This document shows, one piece after another, positions 50,958-62,954 of a DNA stretch of 64,000 bases. Both the position numbers and the translations under genes were made by a program. The stretch's first letter is position 1; each line of letters opens with the position of its first letter. The DNA is from Chiloscyllium plagiosum (lineage: Eukaryota): contig NC_057718.1 of NCBI RefSeq assembly GCF_004010195.1, forward strand, positions 66,836,179 through 66,900,178, read 5' to 3'. The notes below the pieces were generated by a model. The model was given only the letters and a program-made list of their open reading frames with translations. It ran no database searches and had not been told where the DNA came from.

Positions 50958-51229
50958 GTGAGATATCCATTGTTCTTCAATAAACTGCCTTGATTTTTCA
51001 CTTTTTACCTTTATGATCTTTTCTATTAAACCTTGCATATTGCAAATGTTCTTTTGTTAATTGAGTGCAAGTAAAAAGAGTTTTTATGTAAGCATCATTC
51101 TTCAGTCTGGCAAATTTTGAAAATCTTCCAAATTATAGAGATTTGACATAAATTAAAGTCTTTACTTTCTAAAAATAAATGTAAATGGCCTATTTTATTT
51201 AATATAAATTATGTGAAATCATGTTTAAA

Positions 51230-52420
51230 TAAGATATTGGACTACTTTGACAAAATAATAAACATCAAAGATAAAGGTCAACCTGTAGATGTGTGATACT
51301 TAGATTCCCAGAAGGCAGCTTACAAGCAGTTGCATCAAAGATTACTATGTAAAATAAGAACTCTTGGCAAAGCGATTGATATATTAGCATGGATAGAGGA
51401 ATGGTTGTCTAACAGTAAACAGAAAATAGACAAATGGATCACTTTTAGGTTGTCAAGATGTGATGATTGGGCACCACAAGGATCAGTGCTGGGGCCTTTA
51501 CTATCCATAATTTATCTGAATGACTTAGAAGATAGGAGCAAACATATGATAGCTACATCAAAAATAAATAGAAAAGTAACTTGTGAAAAGGAGGTATGGA
51601 TATTGCAAAGGAATACCAAAAAGGTTAAGTGAGCATGAAAACATTTGGCAGATGGAGTGTAATGCAGTAAATGTGAACTTCTCCACTTTGGCATGAGAGA
51701 CAGCATATTATTCAAATGAAGAGAGTTTGCAAAACTATGAGGGATGAAGGAATCCAGGTGTCTTGGTACGCAAACACAAAAAAGTTAGTATTCAAGTACA
51801 GAGGGTGATTGAGAATTAAATGTCATGTCACTTGTTGCCAGTGGAATGAGACATAAAACAAAAATGTTTTGCTATATTTGTACAGGACATTTGTGAGATC
51901 ACATCCAGAGTATCTCCTTATTTAAGAGTTTTGACTCCTTATTTTAAAAAAGAAGTAAATGTATTAGAAACAATTGAGAGAAGGTTCATTTGACTGATAC
52001 CTGAGTTGACTGGCTGGGCCTGTACATGTTGGAGTTTAGAAGAGTATGAGGCAATCTTATTAAAACATAAAAGATCCTGAGGGAAACTGACTGAGTGGAT
52101 TCCTTTGTAAGGGAGTTTGAAACTGGGGAAATCAGATTAAAATTAGGGGATATCCCATTTAAGGCAAAGATGGGGAGAATGTTTTTTTATCTCAAAGGCT
52201 TGAGAGTCTTTGGAATTCTTTTCTGCAATGATGTGTTTGGAGGCATGGTCATTGAATAGGCAGAGATAGATAATAATCTTATAAGTCAGAAATCTAAGAA
52301 TAGGCAAAAGTATGGATTTGAGACCACAATCAGATCAATCATGATCTTATTGAAAGGCAAAGTAGGCTCCAGAATCTGATTACCTATTTCTGTTTTTAAG
52401 ACTTATGTTTGTATGTATGT
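51230..52420 (+). mobile_element. Old CR1 LINE RT and 3' remnant
   Basis: ILAWIEEWLSN...PQGSVLGPLL.IIYLNDL (51330..51632). Confidence 0.8.
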
Positions 52421-54951
52421 TCTGCATTCATAAGACCTCTTGTTTAATATCCTTTACCTTCATCCATTCCACCAGCACCTTTATGTCCTCTTGAAGTCTA
52501 TCACTATCCTCCACACAATTCCTTATGCTTTCAAGTTTTGTGTATTTTGAAAAGAACAGGAACCTATTCTTCTCTGAATTAAATATCTTATTAATTATCC
52601 TTCCAGCTTTTATTCTAAAAGTCTTGCTTATTACTGAGCAATTTGTTGAGCCCTTTTAAGCATACTGTGCTACTGTGCCATTAATTGTGATTGAACAATG
52701 GATCTATGACTTGCTAAGAATTCCAATTTTGTACAGGTCCCTGATCCTGATACTTGTTTCATTGCTAAGAAATTTGTATTCATCCAAAGATTCAAGTGTA
52801 GGCAACTATGTTGTTCAGTGTTCTTGTATATATCTAGCAAGGACTTTTTGTCAGATCTGTCTTGTCGCAGATCTGTCTTGTCACATATTAGTGACCAAGG
52901 CAGCAGAGATGACACCCAAGTCAGTTTATACTGCAAAGATCTTCTCATAGATATCTGGGGTCTTTCTCCACAATTGAGAGAGCTGTCCCATAGAATAGCC
53001 AGACAACAGCCTGAGTAAGTATACTTGCAAAATCAGGTTTTCCAGCCAATGATTCAATCAATATTCCCAGTCTGGTCTAACTAGACATTGCAACATACTA
53101 CAGTATGATTGCCTTAAGAGGGTCCAATGTTGACTCCAGACCCCATGAGATTGCATGGCATCGCATCAAAAATGGACACATGTCCATCTGTTAATCACTG
53201 CCCTTTCTGAATGGGTGAATCATACTTGATATTGAACATTACTTGAAAGAAGAAAAGTGTAGCAAGGAAATACTACATTTTGGGTGATGGACACAATGGG
53301 CAGAATTTTACAGAGATCTGAGTGATGTGGGTTATGGCAAGATTTGTGGTAGAATTGGACAATGAGCATCGTGAGGCCTATCTCAACTTTTGGAGTGTCT
53401 TGATGATCCTTTTATGTTTATACTTAGCGGCAAGGCAAGTTTCAAATGAGCAAAGAAGCCAGTTGTTGAGAAATCTTGACATGGAAATTAGAGTGGATAT
53501 CTGACACTTTCACATTGTCACTGGTTGCAAAGTGTTTCCATATTTCTTAGCACCAAATAGCATCTCAAAGCACACATCCATGGGCACCTGTTGCATTCAC
53601 CCCTCTTTGATGTATATTTGCATCCAGCATTTGCCAGCCCTTCAGAATCATCATGGCACCTCTCTGGTCCACATGTGGGACACTTTGGAAACACAGACTT
53701 GCAGTCCAGGATACGCTGGCAACTAGTATTAAAAAGCTACTGAAAGGTGATGTGAACATGAACAGGGACTCAGTTCATTCATTGGACCAGACTGTCACTC
53801 AGCACTATTCACTTTTGCTCTCAGCATTTGGTCACTTAGCACCTACCTGTGCCTTTGCAGCATTCTGCTTTGCCTTTCCATGCAAATTATCGCAGTCACA
53901 TAACCAGGTAGCTTGTCCTGCTGGTTAGCAGCATCAACCCTCAATGTCAGTCTGTACATCTGCTGTATAGCTACACATGTCAATCTCAGACCTGCATCAT
54001 ACGTCAACAGCTTATGTGGCAAACACACTACATGTGCAGCAAACAAGCAGTCTCAAAGTCCAAGGGAAATAAATTCTGAACAATATCTATGGAGGCAGTT
54101 TTCAGTTAGGAGGAGCCAGTGCAGTGAGTCCAGGGGGTTGGCCACAGTCAGGTGGCCAGTTGGTGTGTTCTAGTTCACAGAATTCATGCCTCTGCAACCC
54201 CTGGAGTGAGTCAGGGTCAGTCCTGTGGTTCCCTCATGACCACTTCGGGAGGTAGGGCTAATGTAGTGTAGGAGAAGCATAGACCACTTCTCATCTGGGC
54301 TGTTTGGTTAGGTCATTCAAGGGGGTGGGCCATGGTAAATCTGTCAGGTTCATCCACAAAAGATAAGGAGGGTGTTGATAAGGGGCTGATGCAAAAGGAG
54401 GAAGACTCAGCAACTTGTCCTTTGGGATTACGTAATACAGGCTGAGATAATGAGGGGATAACAATTGTTAGGGGGGAGGTGGGCGGGGTTGGCAAAGTGG
54501 GAATAGTAAACCATCTTCAGGCAAGATGGCACCAGAGCTGTCTACAACAGATCTTATTCTTTCATGCCACAAGCACAGAGGGATTAGAGGCCTTCCACCC
54601 TCTCGCAGGCCTGATGTCCCTGACGTCGTGGAAACCTGGAACTGAGACCTGTCTAGCATGGGAACAAGAAAATGGTGACCAATCATCATAACGGTCTGAA
54701 TGAAGTGACCACACGGCACCCCAGAATGCTCAAGGCCGTGATTAGTGCCCAGGACCACTTCAGGAGAACACTTACCTTCCAGAGCAGCAGACCTCCCTCA
54801 CCAACATCTGGGATCACCGAGGAGCAGTCACCTACCCAGGAAACGTGGGAGACACGCTGGACTTAAAGTGAATATATGGGGTTTCAAGTTTCCTCTCCCC
54901 ATCAAACCATACTCCTGGCAAATGTTCAAGCTATTGAAAACAAGATTGATG

Positions 54952-55780
54952 TGTTATAAAGCAGTGGTTGACCACTCTCTGAGAATTAAAACTAATACAC
55001 CCGAAGAGGAGCACCTCACCCTATAATTTGTAAAATGAATGTGAAAAGTTATGTAACCTGCTTTTCAGCAACTAATAGTGGTCAAATAAAGTAAATCACT
55101 GACACACACTTTAAAATCAATAAGTAATAATTTATTTAACTCTAACAGTGAACAGACTGAATAAATCCCTTCCAACTACTAATTGTTCCCAAATAAAACA
55201 AGATTCTAATGGTATGCTAATGGTTCCAGTAAATACAAGTCCTCATGAAAAAAAAAGAGCTTATTTGCTCGAAATTACAGCCAGGTTGTTTGGCTTCCAG
55301 AATGTTCTGTACCTTTTCCATTAAGTCTTCTGTCAGGAATGCCCTTTCCTCCAATTATTCAGGAATGCCTGGTTAATTGTTCTTCTGTCAGGAATGCCTT
55401 TGTGGTGCTTTCTCTAATACGTAGATTACTTAGAGTCAAACAAATTTCTCACGAGAGAGATGTGGGCCGTTAGCTCTGGTGATGGCAGTTAGCTCTGGGA
55501 TCTTTGTTCGACTTCCTTTATACCCTTGATGACATATCTTTATTTCTTATAATAGAATTGTTGTAAAAACCATCTAATTTAAATTTAATAGGTTTTTAGT
55601 ATCTAAGTGCCTGGTTCAAAATGATTCAAAACCCTGTTGTCTTGGTAAAAACTTCTGCTTGGTGTACTAACTGTATTTCGGCCATTTGCTATAAATGTTT
55701 TAGTTTAGACTCTTTATGTACTTTCATTTTAAATCTCTAAGCACAGAAAAAAACACACTATCTTTTTAAAGGGACCATGG
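54952..55780 (-). mobile_element. LTR-like repeat
   Basis: Starts TGTTATAAA; AT-rich with minus-strand AATAAA and TATAAA; organisation resembles 1198-1814. Confidence 0.4.
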
Positions 55781-56334
55781 AATGCTTTTCCCCCTAGCAC
55801 TTTACAATTTTACAAACACCAAATTTGAACTTCCTGCCTCCCAATCTACAATTACTCTACCCAACTTCACAACAGATGATGTCAAAGCTAGACTCACCTT
55901 CCAAAGAAAATTGAGAGACTGCTGTGTGTTTTGCTTCATAGAGACATGTCTCAATTCTGCCATACCTGACTGTGCCTTACAACCTGAGGGTTTCTTAGCC
56001 CACTGAATGGACTCCTCAGTGTCCACGGGCAAGACAAGGGGTGGTGGGACCTGCTTCCTGATCAACACCACCTGGTGCCAGATGTGGTGTCTCTGGCGAG
56101 TTACTCCTCCCAGGACCTAGAATATCTTAGTCAAGTGCCATCTCTACCACCTGCCATGTGAGTTCACCTCAGCTATCCTGACAGTGGCCTATGTCCCACA
56201 CCATGCAGGAGTGCACTTGGTAAAGTATACAATGCTACAATCAGTCTTGGACAGAATACCCTGAAGTCTTGATCATCGTATCTGGTGACTTCAACCAAGT
56301 CAACCTTAAAGTGCTAGCAAAACACTATCAACAC

Positions 56335-57030
56335 ATGGATGCAGGTTCATAGTTCCTTGAAAGTGGAGTCGCAGGTAGATAGGATAGTGAAGGTGGCATT
56401 TGATATGCTTTTCTTTATTGGTCAAAGCATGAGTATAGGAGTTGGGAGGCCTTGTTGCAGCTGTACAGGACATTGGTAAGGCCACTTTTGGAATATTGTG
56501 TGAATTTCTGGTCTCCCTCCTATCGAAAGGATGTTGTGAAACATGAAAGGGTTCAGAAGAGATTTAGAAGGATGTTGCCAGGGTTGGAGAATTTGAGCTA
56601 TAGGGAGAGGCTGAATAGGCTGGGGCTGTTTTCCTGGAGATTCAGAGGCTGAGGGGTTCACCTTATAGAGGTTTATAAAATCATGAGGAGCATGGATAGG
56701 ATAAATAGGCAAGGTCTTTTCCCTGGCATGGGTGAGTCCAGAACTAGATGTCATTGGTTTGGGATTAGAGGGGAAAGATATAAAAGTGACCTAAGAGGCA
56801 ACTTCTTCACGCAGGTGGTGGTGTGTGTATGGAATGAGCTGCCAGGGGAAGTGGTGGAGGCTGATACAATTAAAAACGCATCTGGATGGGTATATGAATA
56901 GGAAGGGTTTAGAAGAATTTGGGCCAAATGTTGCCAAATGGGACTAGATTAGTTTAGGATATCTGGTCAGCATGGATGAGTTGGATTGAAGTTTCTGTTT
57001 CCATGATGTACATCTCTATGACTCTATGAC
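56335..57030 (+). mobile_element. CR1 LINE 3' fragment
   Basis: LYRTLVRPLLEYCV.FWSP; (CTCTATGA)n tail. Confidence 0.88.
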
Positions 57031-57121
57031 ATCTCCTGTCACAGCAGAGGGCGGAACAACCTTGATCACTGCTATACAATCAAAGATACCTACTGCTCCA
57101 ACCCCTGCACTTTGGAAAATA

Positions 57122-57440
57122 GGGGCAGCACAGTGGCTCAGTGGTTAGCACTGCTGCCTCACAGCGCCAGGGACCTGGGTTTGATTCTAGCCTCGGGCGA
57201 CTGTCTGTGTGGAGTTTGCACATTCTCCACGTGTCTGCGTGGGTTTCCTCCGGGTCCTCCGGTTTTCTCCCACAGTCCAAAGATTGCAGGTTAGGTGAAT
57301 TGGTCATGCTAAATTGCCCATAGAGTTAGGTGCATTAGTCAGGGGGAATGGGTCTGGGTGGGTTACTCTTTGGAGGGTCGGTGTGAACTAGTTGGGCCGA
57401 AGGGCCTGTTTCCACACTGTAGGGAATCTAATCTAATCTA
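57122..57440 (+). mobile_element. HE1-like V-SINE, full length
   Basis: Box A TGGCTCAGTGG, box B GGTTTGATTCT, V domain gtggagtttgcacattctcc, CR1-type tail and (CTAAT)n. Confidence 0.9.
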
Positions 57441-59901
57441 AAACTCTGTGCTCCTCCTCCCAGTTTACAAGTCAAAATTGAAGCAAGAGGACCCGGTACA
57501 GAAAGATGTGCAGTGTGGATCTGAGGCAATGGAAGGGCTTCTACAGGACTGTTTTGAGTTGATGGACTGGTTCATATTCAAGAACTTAGCAGCTAACCTA
57601 AATGAGTATTCCACTACAGTTATGGACTTCATTAGTAGTTGTGTAGATGATTGTGTGTCAAAGATGTTAATCCAAATGTTCCCCAACTGGAAACCATGGA
57701 TGAACTCCCTACTGATGTCCATGTACAACCTTCACAAGGCCATCACACATGCCAACAGGCAATACCAAACGAAGCTTGAGATCCAGACTAACCACACAGA
57801 CACCAGTCACTTGTGGCAAAGCTTATACTGCATAACTGGTTACATAGAAAAATTGAGCAGAATCGCAGCAATAATACATCCCTATCCAATGAGCTCAATG
57901 CATTCTACACTGACTTTGAACGGAAGCACAGTGAAACAATGTTACCTGTCCCAACAGCCTCAGATGCTCCTATACCCATGGTCTCTGCCACAGACATTAG
58001 ATCGGCTTTCTTGAGAGTGAACCTGGAAAGTGACTGATCTGGATGGAGTCCCCAGCTATGCACTCAGAACCTGTCAGGCTGGCAGCAGTATTCACTGACA
58101 TCTTTGGCCTTCTAACTTTGATCTGAAGACCCTACTTGCTTCAAAAAGACCACCTTCATCCCGGTACTAAAAGAAAATCACACAATGTGCCTCAATAACT
58201 ACCACCCGGTGGCTCTAACCTCCATTATTATGAAGTGCTTTGAAAGGTTAGTCATGGCTCACATCAACTCCAGCTTACCAGATTGCCCTGATTCTTTGCA
58301 ATTCACCTACTAGCACAACAGGTCCACGCCAGATGCCATCTTCCTGGCCCTACACTCACTCCTAGAACATCTGAATAATGAGGATACCTTTGTCAGGCTC
58401 CTACTTATTGACTACAGGGCCACCTTCAACACCAGAATGCCAAACAGCTCACCTCTAAAGTCTGAGACCTAGGTCTCAGCTCTTCCCTCTGTAACTGGAT
58501 CCTTGACTTCCTGATGCATAAACAGTAAATCGGTAAGATTAGGCGACAGCACTTTCTCCACGATGATTCTCAGCACCAGTGCCCCACAAGGCCATGTACT
58601 CAGCCCCTTACTGCACTTCTTATACTCATGACTTCTTATACTCAGTGGCCAAATTCTGACCCAACTCTATTTACAAGTTTACTGATGACACCACTGTTGT
58701 AGGTTGGATCTCAAATCATGATGAGACAGAGTACAGGAAAGAGTACTTAGTGGCATGGTGTAAAGACAACAACCTCTCCGTCAATGTCAGCAAAATGAAG
58801 GAGCTGGTCATTGACTTCAGGAAGTGAGTGGATGGCATACCCTTGTCTGCATCAATAGTGCTGAAGTGGAGAAGGTGGAGAGTGTCAAGGTCCTGGTAGT
58901 AATGATGACCAACAATCTGTCCTGGTCCACCCACATTAATGTGATGGTCAAGAACGCACAAAGCGCCTCTACTTCCTCGGGACGCTAAGGAAATTTGGAA
59001 GTCCACAAAGACTCTTACCAATTTTTATAGATGCATCATAGAAAGCATCCTGTCTGGATGCATCACAGCATGATACAGCAACTTGCTCTTACCAAACAAC
59101 AACAGAGAGTCACAAACACAGGTTCAGCCTTCCATCAACCGACTCCATCTATACTTCCTGCTGCATCAGGAAAACAATCAAGATAATCAACGACCCTTCC
59201 AACCCCAGTTATACTCTTCCACCCTTTTCTGGTCAGTTAGAAGGTATAAAATGAATATACATCCGAACAGATTCAAGAACAGCTTCTCCCCTGCTGTTAT
59301 CAGACTTTTGAATGGACCTCTCAAATGCTAATGCTGATCTCTCTCTCTGCACCATCTCTGTGGCTGTAACACTATTATGCACTCTATTCTGCTAACGTGA
59401 TGCACATTCTCTGGTACAATCTGCCTGTAGAGCATGCAAACAAAACTTTTCACTTTATTTCAGTACCTGTTGCAACAATAGATTAAGGCAAATCAAATCA
59501 TGCTTGAGAAAGGGGAGATATGGGAGGGCTGTTCATTTTCAGTCAGGAGCTTGCCCTCAAGGAGGGGAACGTGTATGACCTCAATTGACATGGTCACCTC
59601 AAAAGCAGGGGCTTAGAGGAACAATGGGCCAGTGCAGACTTATGTAGATGGGTTGCGTAGGAATGTGGGGAAGTGTGAAGCCTATGGTTTCCTGTGAAGG
59701 ACTAGGAGAATATAGATATGGATGTTTGTGATCTCACTGACACAAAGACGAAGATTGCAAGCCACTGGCTGAAGAGTGCTCACTATCACCTTCGATTGTA
59801 CTAGAAATAGAAATTACACAATGGGAAAAAATAATGCTGCAACCACATTCAGAGTGGATGGGGTAAGTGATTCAAAGATTTGAATTATAAAGAAAAGCTG
59901 G

Positions 59902-61140
59902 ATAGAGTCAGAATTGTACAGCATGAAACAGCCCCTTCGATGCAACTCATCCATGCCAACCAGATATCCTAAATTAATGTAGTCCCTTTTGCCAGCACTT
60001 AGCCTATATCCCTCTAAATCCTTCCTATTCATGTATCCATCCAGATGTCTTTTAAATGTTGTAATTGTACCAGCCTCCACCACTTCCTCTGGCAGCTCAT
60101 TCCATATGTCTGTGCCTATGACAGAAGAGTCCCCTGTCACAATCGATCGCTTGGAACATGACATACCTCTCATTATATTAGAGCCATTCTCGGTACCAGA
60201 AACTTGGCTTTTCGTGTTACATTCCCCTGAGAGTCGATAACCCCCTATATTTTCCAAAACAGCATACTTGTTCTGAGATGGGGATAGCCACAGGGGACTC
60301 CTGCTTCCCCTTCCTACCTTTCCTTGACAGTAACCCTGCAACCTGACTATCTGTGGTTTTTCTCCCTTCTGAAATCCATCGCACCCCCTAGCTTCTGGAA
60401 TTTCCTTGTTGCCTCTAACTGCTGCTTCAACTGATCTGTGTGATCTAATAGTATTCACAACCAAACACACTTACTGCAGACTTAATCAGCAGTAATATGG
60501 AAATTCTCCCTAATCTCCCACGTCCGACTGAAGGCTATTTTTGCACCTTAATCTATAGAAAATAGCACAGTCTTATTGCTGTAAAAACACTGCTCCAAGC
60601 TAACTTAGTACCTATGTTTTATACTTTTTAATTTTAAATCATAAAACAGAGCTCAATAAAACATAACCAAAATGTACTCACTCTCCTTACGATTTAAAAA
60701 AAAAACAAGGTTACACTTAAAAACCATGCACTTCCCTGCTCCTGCGCTGTAAGGTCTCCTACACACATTTCTCCAAGGACAAGAGGACCTGTTTGTTAAT
60801 TTTTCTTAGACGCACTCTGATGTCCAGAAATACTTAAACTCAAACAGCAAAGGCAGCAGCTGTGCAGTTTCACTACTATGTCAGACAACAGCGTAGGTTT
60901 CTTTCTCTCTCTCTCTCTCACTGACCATGTCGTCGCTACTTTTGATCTCTTCCTCCTTTTTAAAGTGCCATTGTTTTGATATTTTTTACTCCAAAGTCCA
61001 AAGCAATGCAATAGCTTATAAAACAGTAATTACTGCTCTTGGAAGTTAAGGAAATCACCTCTTACATCTAAAATACCTCAAAAAAAAAGGAGCAGCTCTT
61101 ACAGCCATAATCCTTTCCCGTGCTCCATCTTGGCTCGGCT
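59902..61140 (-). mobile_element. Internally deleted CR1: 5' UTR and ORF1 fused to the ORF2 3' end
   Basis: ORF 59814..60470 runs from ORF1 (QNKYAVL, SIVTGDSSVIGTD esterase motif) directly into WNELPEEVVEAG; CCAAGATGG motif at the 5' end (~61132). Confidence 0.8.
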
Positions 61141-61149
61141 GGAACATTT

Positions 61150-61605
61150 TTCACTGGAGTGTCAGAAGTTGAGAGGTGACCTTATAAAGGTTTATGAAAT
61201 CAAGAGAGGTACAGATAGGGTTAATGATAGGTGTCCTTTCTTTAGGATGGGGCATCTCAAGACTAGAGGGCATATTTTTATAGTGAGAGGATTGAGATTT
61301 TAAGAAATCATGAAGAGTGAATTCTTTATACAGAAGGTGGTTCACGTGTGGAATAAACTCTGAGGAAATGGTGGATGTGGGCACAATTACAACATTTAAA
61401 AGGCACTTAGACAAGTACATGTCTAGGAGAGATTTGGAGGGATGTGGGCCAGGAGCAGGCAGGTGAGACTAGTTTCTTTTGGGATTATGAAACCACATGA
61501 GAAAATGCTGGAAAATAAAGGTTTCAGATTCCAGCATCCACAGTAATTTGCTTTTATCTTTTGGGATTATGTTCAGCATGGAATGGTTGGACTGAAGGGT
61601 CTGTG
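61150..61605 (+). mobile_element. CR1 LINE 3' fragment
   Basis: End of ORF2 and 3' UTR, with a small insertion at ~61490-61560. Confidence 0.75.
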
Positions 61606-62025
61606 AAATAACTGCACAGAGGCTGCAACCTATCATCAAGTCACCCTTTCTTTACTTGTGCACAGTACACTGGCTGTGACCAGCTAGCTGAAAGTCAGTC
61701 CTCCACTGAGGAGTTTCTAACTTGCTGGTTATATTTTTTTAAGAAAAGGAAACCAAAAACAAAGAAGAAAAAATAAGGCAATGTGTTCCAACCAAGGGAA
61801 CTCTGTTCCCCTACAGTATACTGGTTGTAGCCAGCCAGAGTCAGAGCGCCTGGTTATTTTTGTTTTCATTTTTTCTTAGAGGAGATATCTCCTGGTTATA
61901 TGCATTTTTTCTTTCTAGAAGGCAAATGTCTCCCAGTCCAGAGAACTAACTGTTTGCTGCGGTACACAGTCTATAGCCACCCAGCTCAGAGTCAATCCCC
62001 TGAACGGAGGAGATTTTAAATTTCC

Positions 62026-62950
62026 TTTTTTTATTTTATTAAACAGTACAGTTTATAAACAATTAATATTAACAGCCATATAGAGAGAAACAGCAGGTTA
62101 CAAGGGAGAGGAGTGACAAAGCCAAACCCCAAACCCCTCCATTCAACCAGTTTTCAGGGACATGAGGACAAACCACAAATTCCGCTTTCAGTCATCACAA
62201 AATAAGCAAAAACAGGTACATACAAGAAGTCCAATTAGATAAGAAACAGTGCATACAATATAGACACCCTACCCCCCAGGAGCCCAGCAAGCCTCCCATC
62301 CCTCCCACCTTCCAGCCACCAAAAGGCAGCCTGCCCCTACACCCCTTTCAGCTCTCAGTTCATCCTGGGGCAGCCTACCCCCCTTCAGGTTCACAGGACA
62401 GCCTACCCACCCTCCAGCCCTCCAGGTAACAGCTTTCAGGACAACCTATGAGCCTCCCAGCTCACAGTAAGGCCTACCAGACCCAGGGACACAAGACAGT
62501 GCAGGTGATAAGCCCAACAAGCAACAAGACAATCAATTATCAATAAACAGAGTCCCTTCTGGTACAGAGTTCATTTCTGTAATCAGTCCTCTTCAAAACA
62601 GAGTCCATTCCCAGGAACAGGGTCCACTCCAGTATATAAAGTGCATTGTGAGAAATAGAATCCACTTCAAACTGCAGAGTCCATTGCCAAAAACAGAGTC
62701 CACTACTGAGGGCAGAGTCCACTCCTGAAGGCAGCAAATGCACACCCCACAGCACTCAGGTGTTCAGTTTCCATCGAGTTTTGGCCCATCCATAGAAGAC
62801 CAGGCCCACTCACAGGAACATAGTACATTATGAAGGTGCAGTTAACTCACAGGGGTTTTGTCCACTCCCAAACTCCAGGACACAGCAAATGCTCACCTCC
62901 AAGCACGTACACAGAGACCTACCCACAGGAACAGTTCATCTGGAAAGGTG
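62026..62950 (-). mobile_element. Second copy of the poly(A)-tailed retroelement family at 24887-26140
   Basis: Collinear similarity, e.g. cagagtccactcctgaaggcag(c/a)aaatgcacaccccacagcac. Confidence 0.7.
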
Positions 62951-62954
62951 TTTT

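Larger units (their letters stand above)
55880..59480 (+). mobile_element. Rex1/Babar LINE, near full-length and degenerate, with nested CR1 and SINE
   Basis: RDCCVFCFIETCL (EN), [61 protein letters not shown]. Confidence 0.85.

Noticed and set aside
50559..50993. 144-aa ORF as a single-exon gene
   Set aside because: Only 50799-50957 is HCN-like and bounded by splice sites; the rest is T-rich intron.
48900..54900. Possible Harbinger nuclease remnants at ~49600-50000 and ~54300-54600
   Set aside because: Motif similarity is too weak to support without an HMM search.
57122..57195. tRNA gene
   Set aside because: The tRNA-like head continues into a V domain and CR1 tail, so it is a SINE; the same applies at 5326 and 34340.
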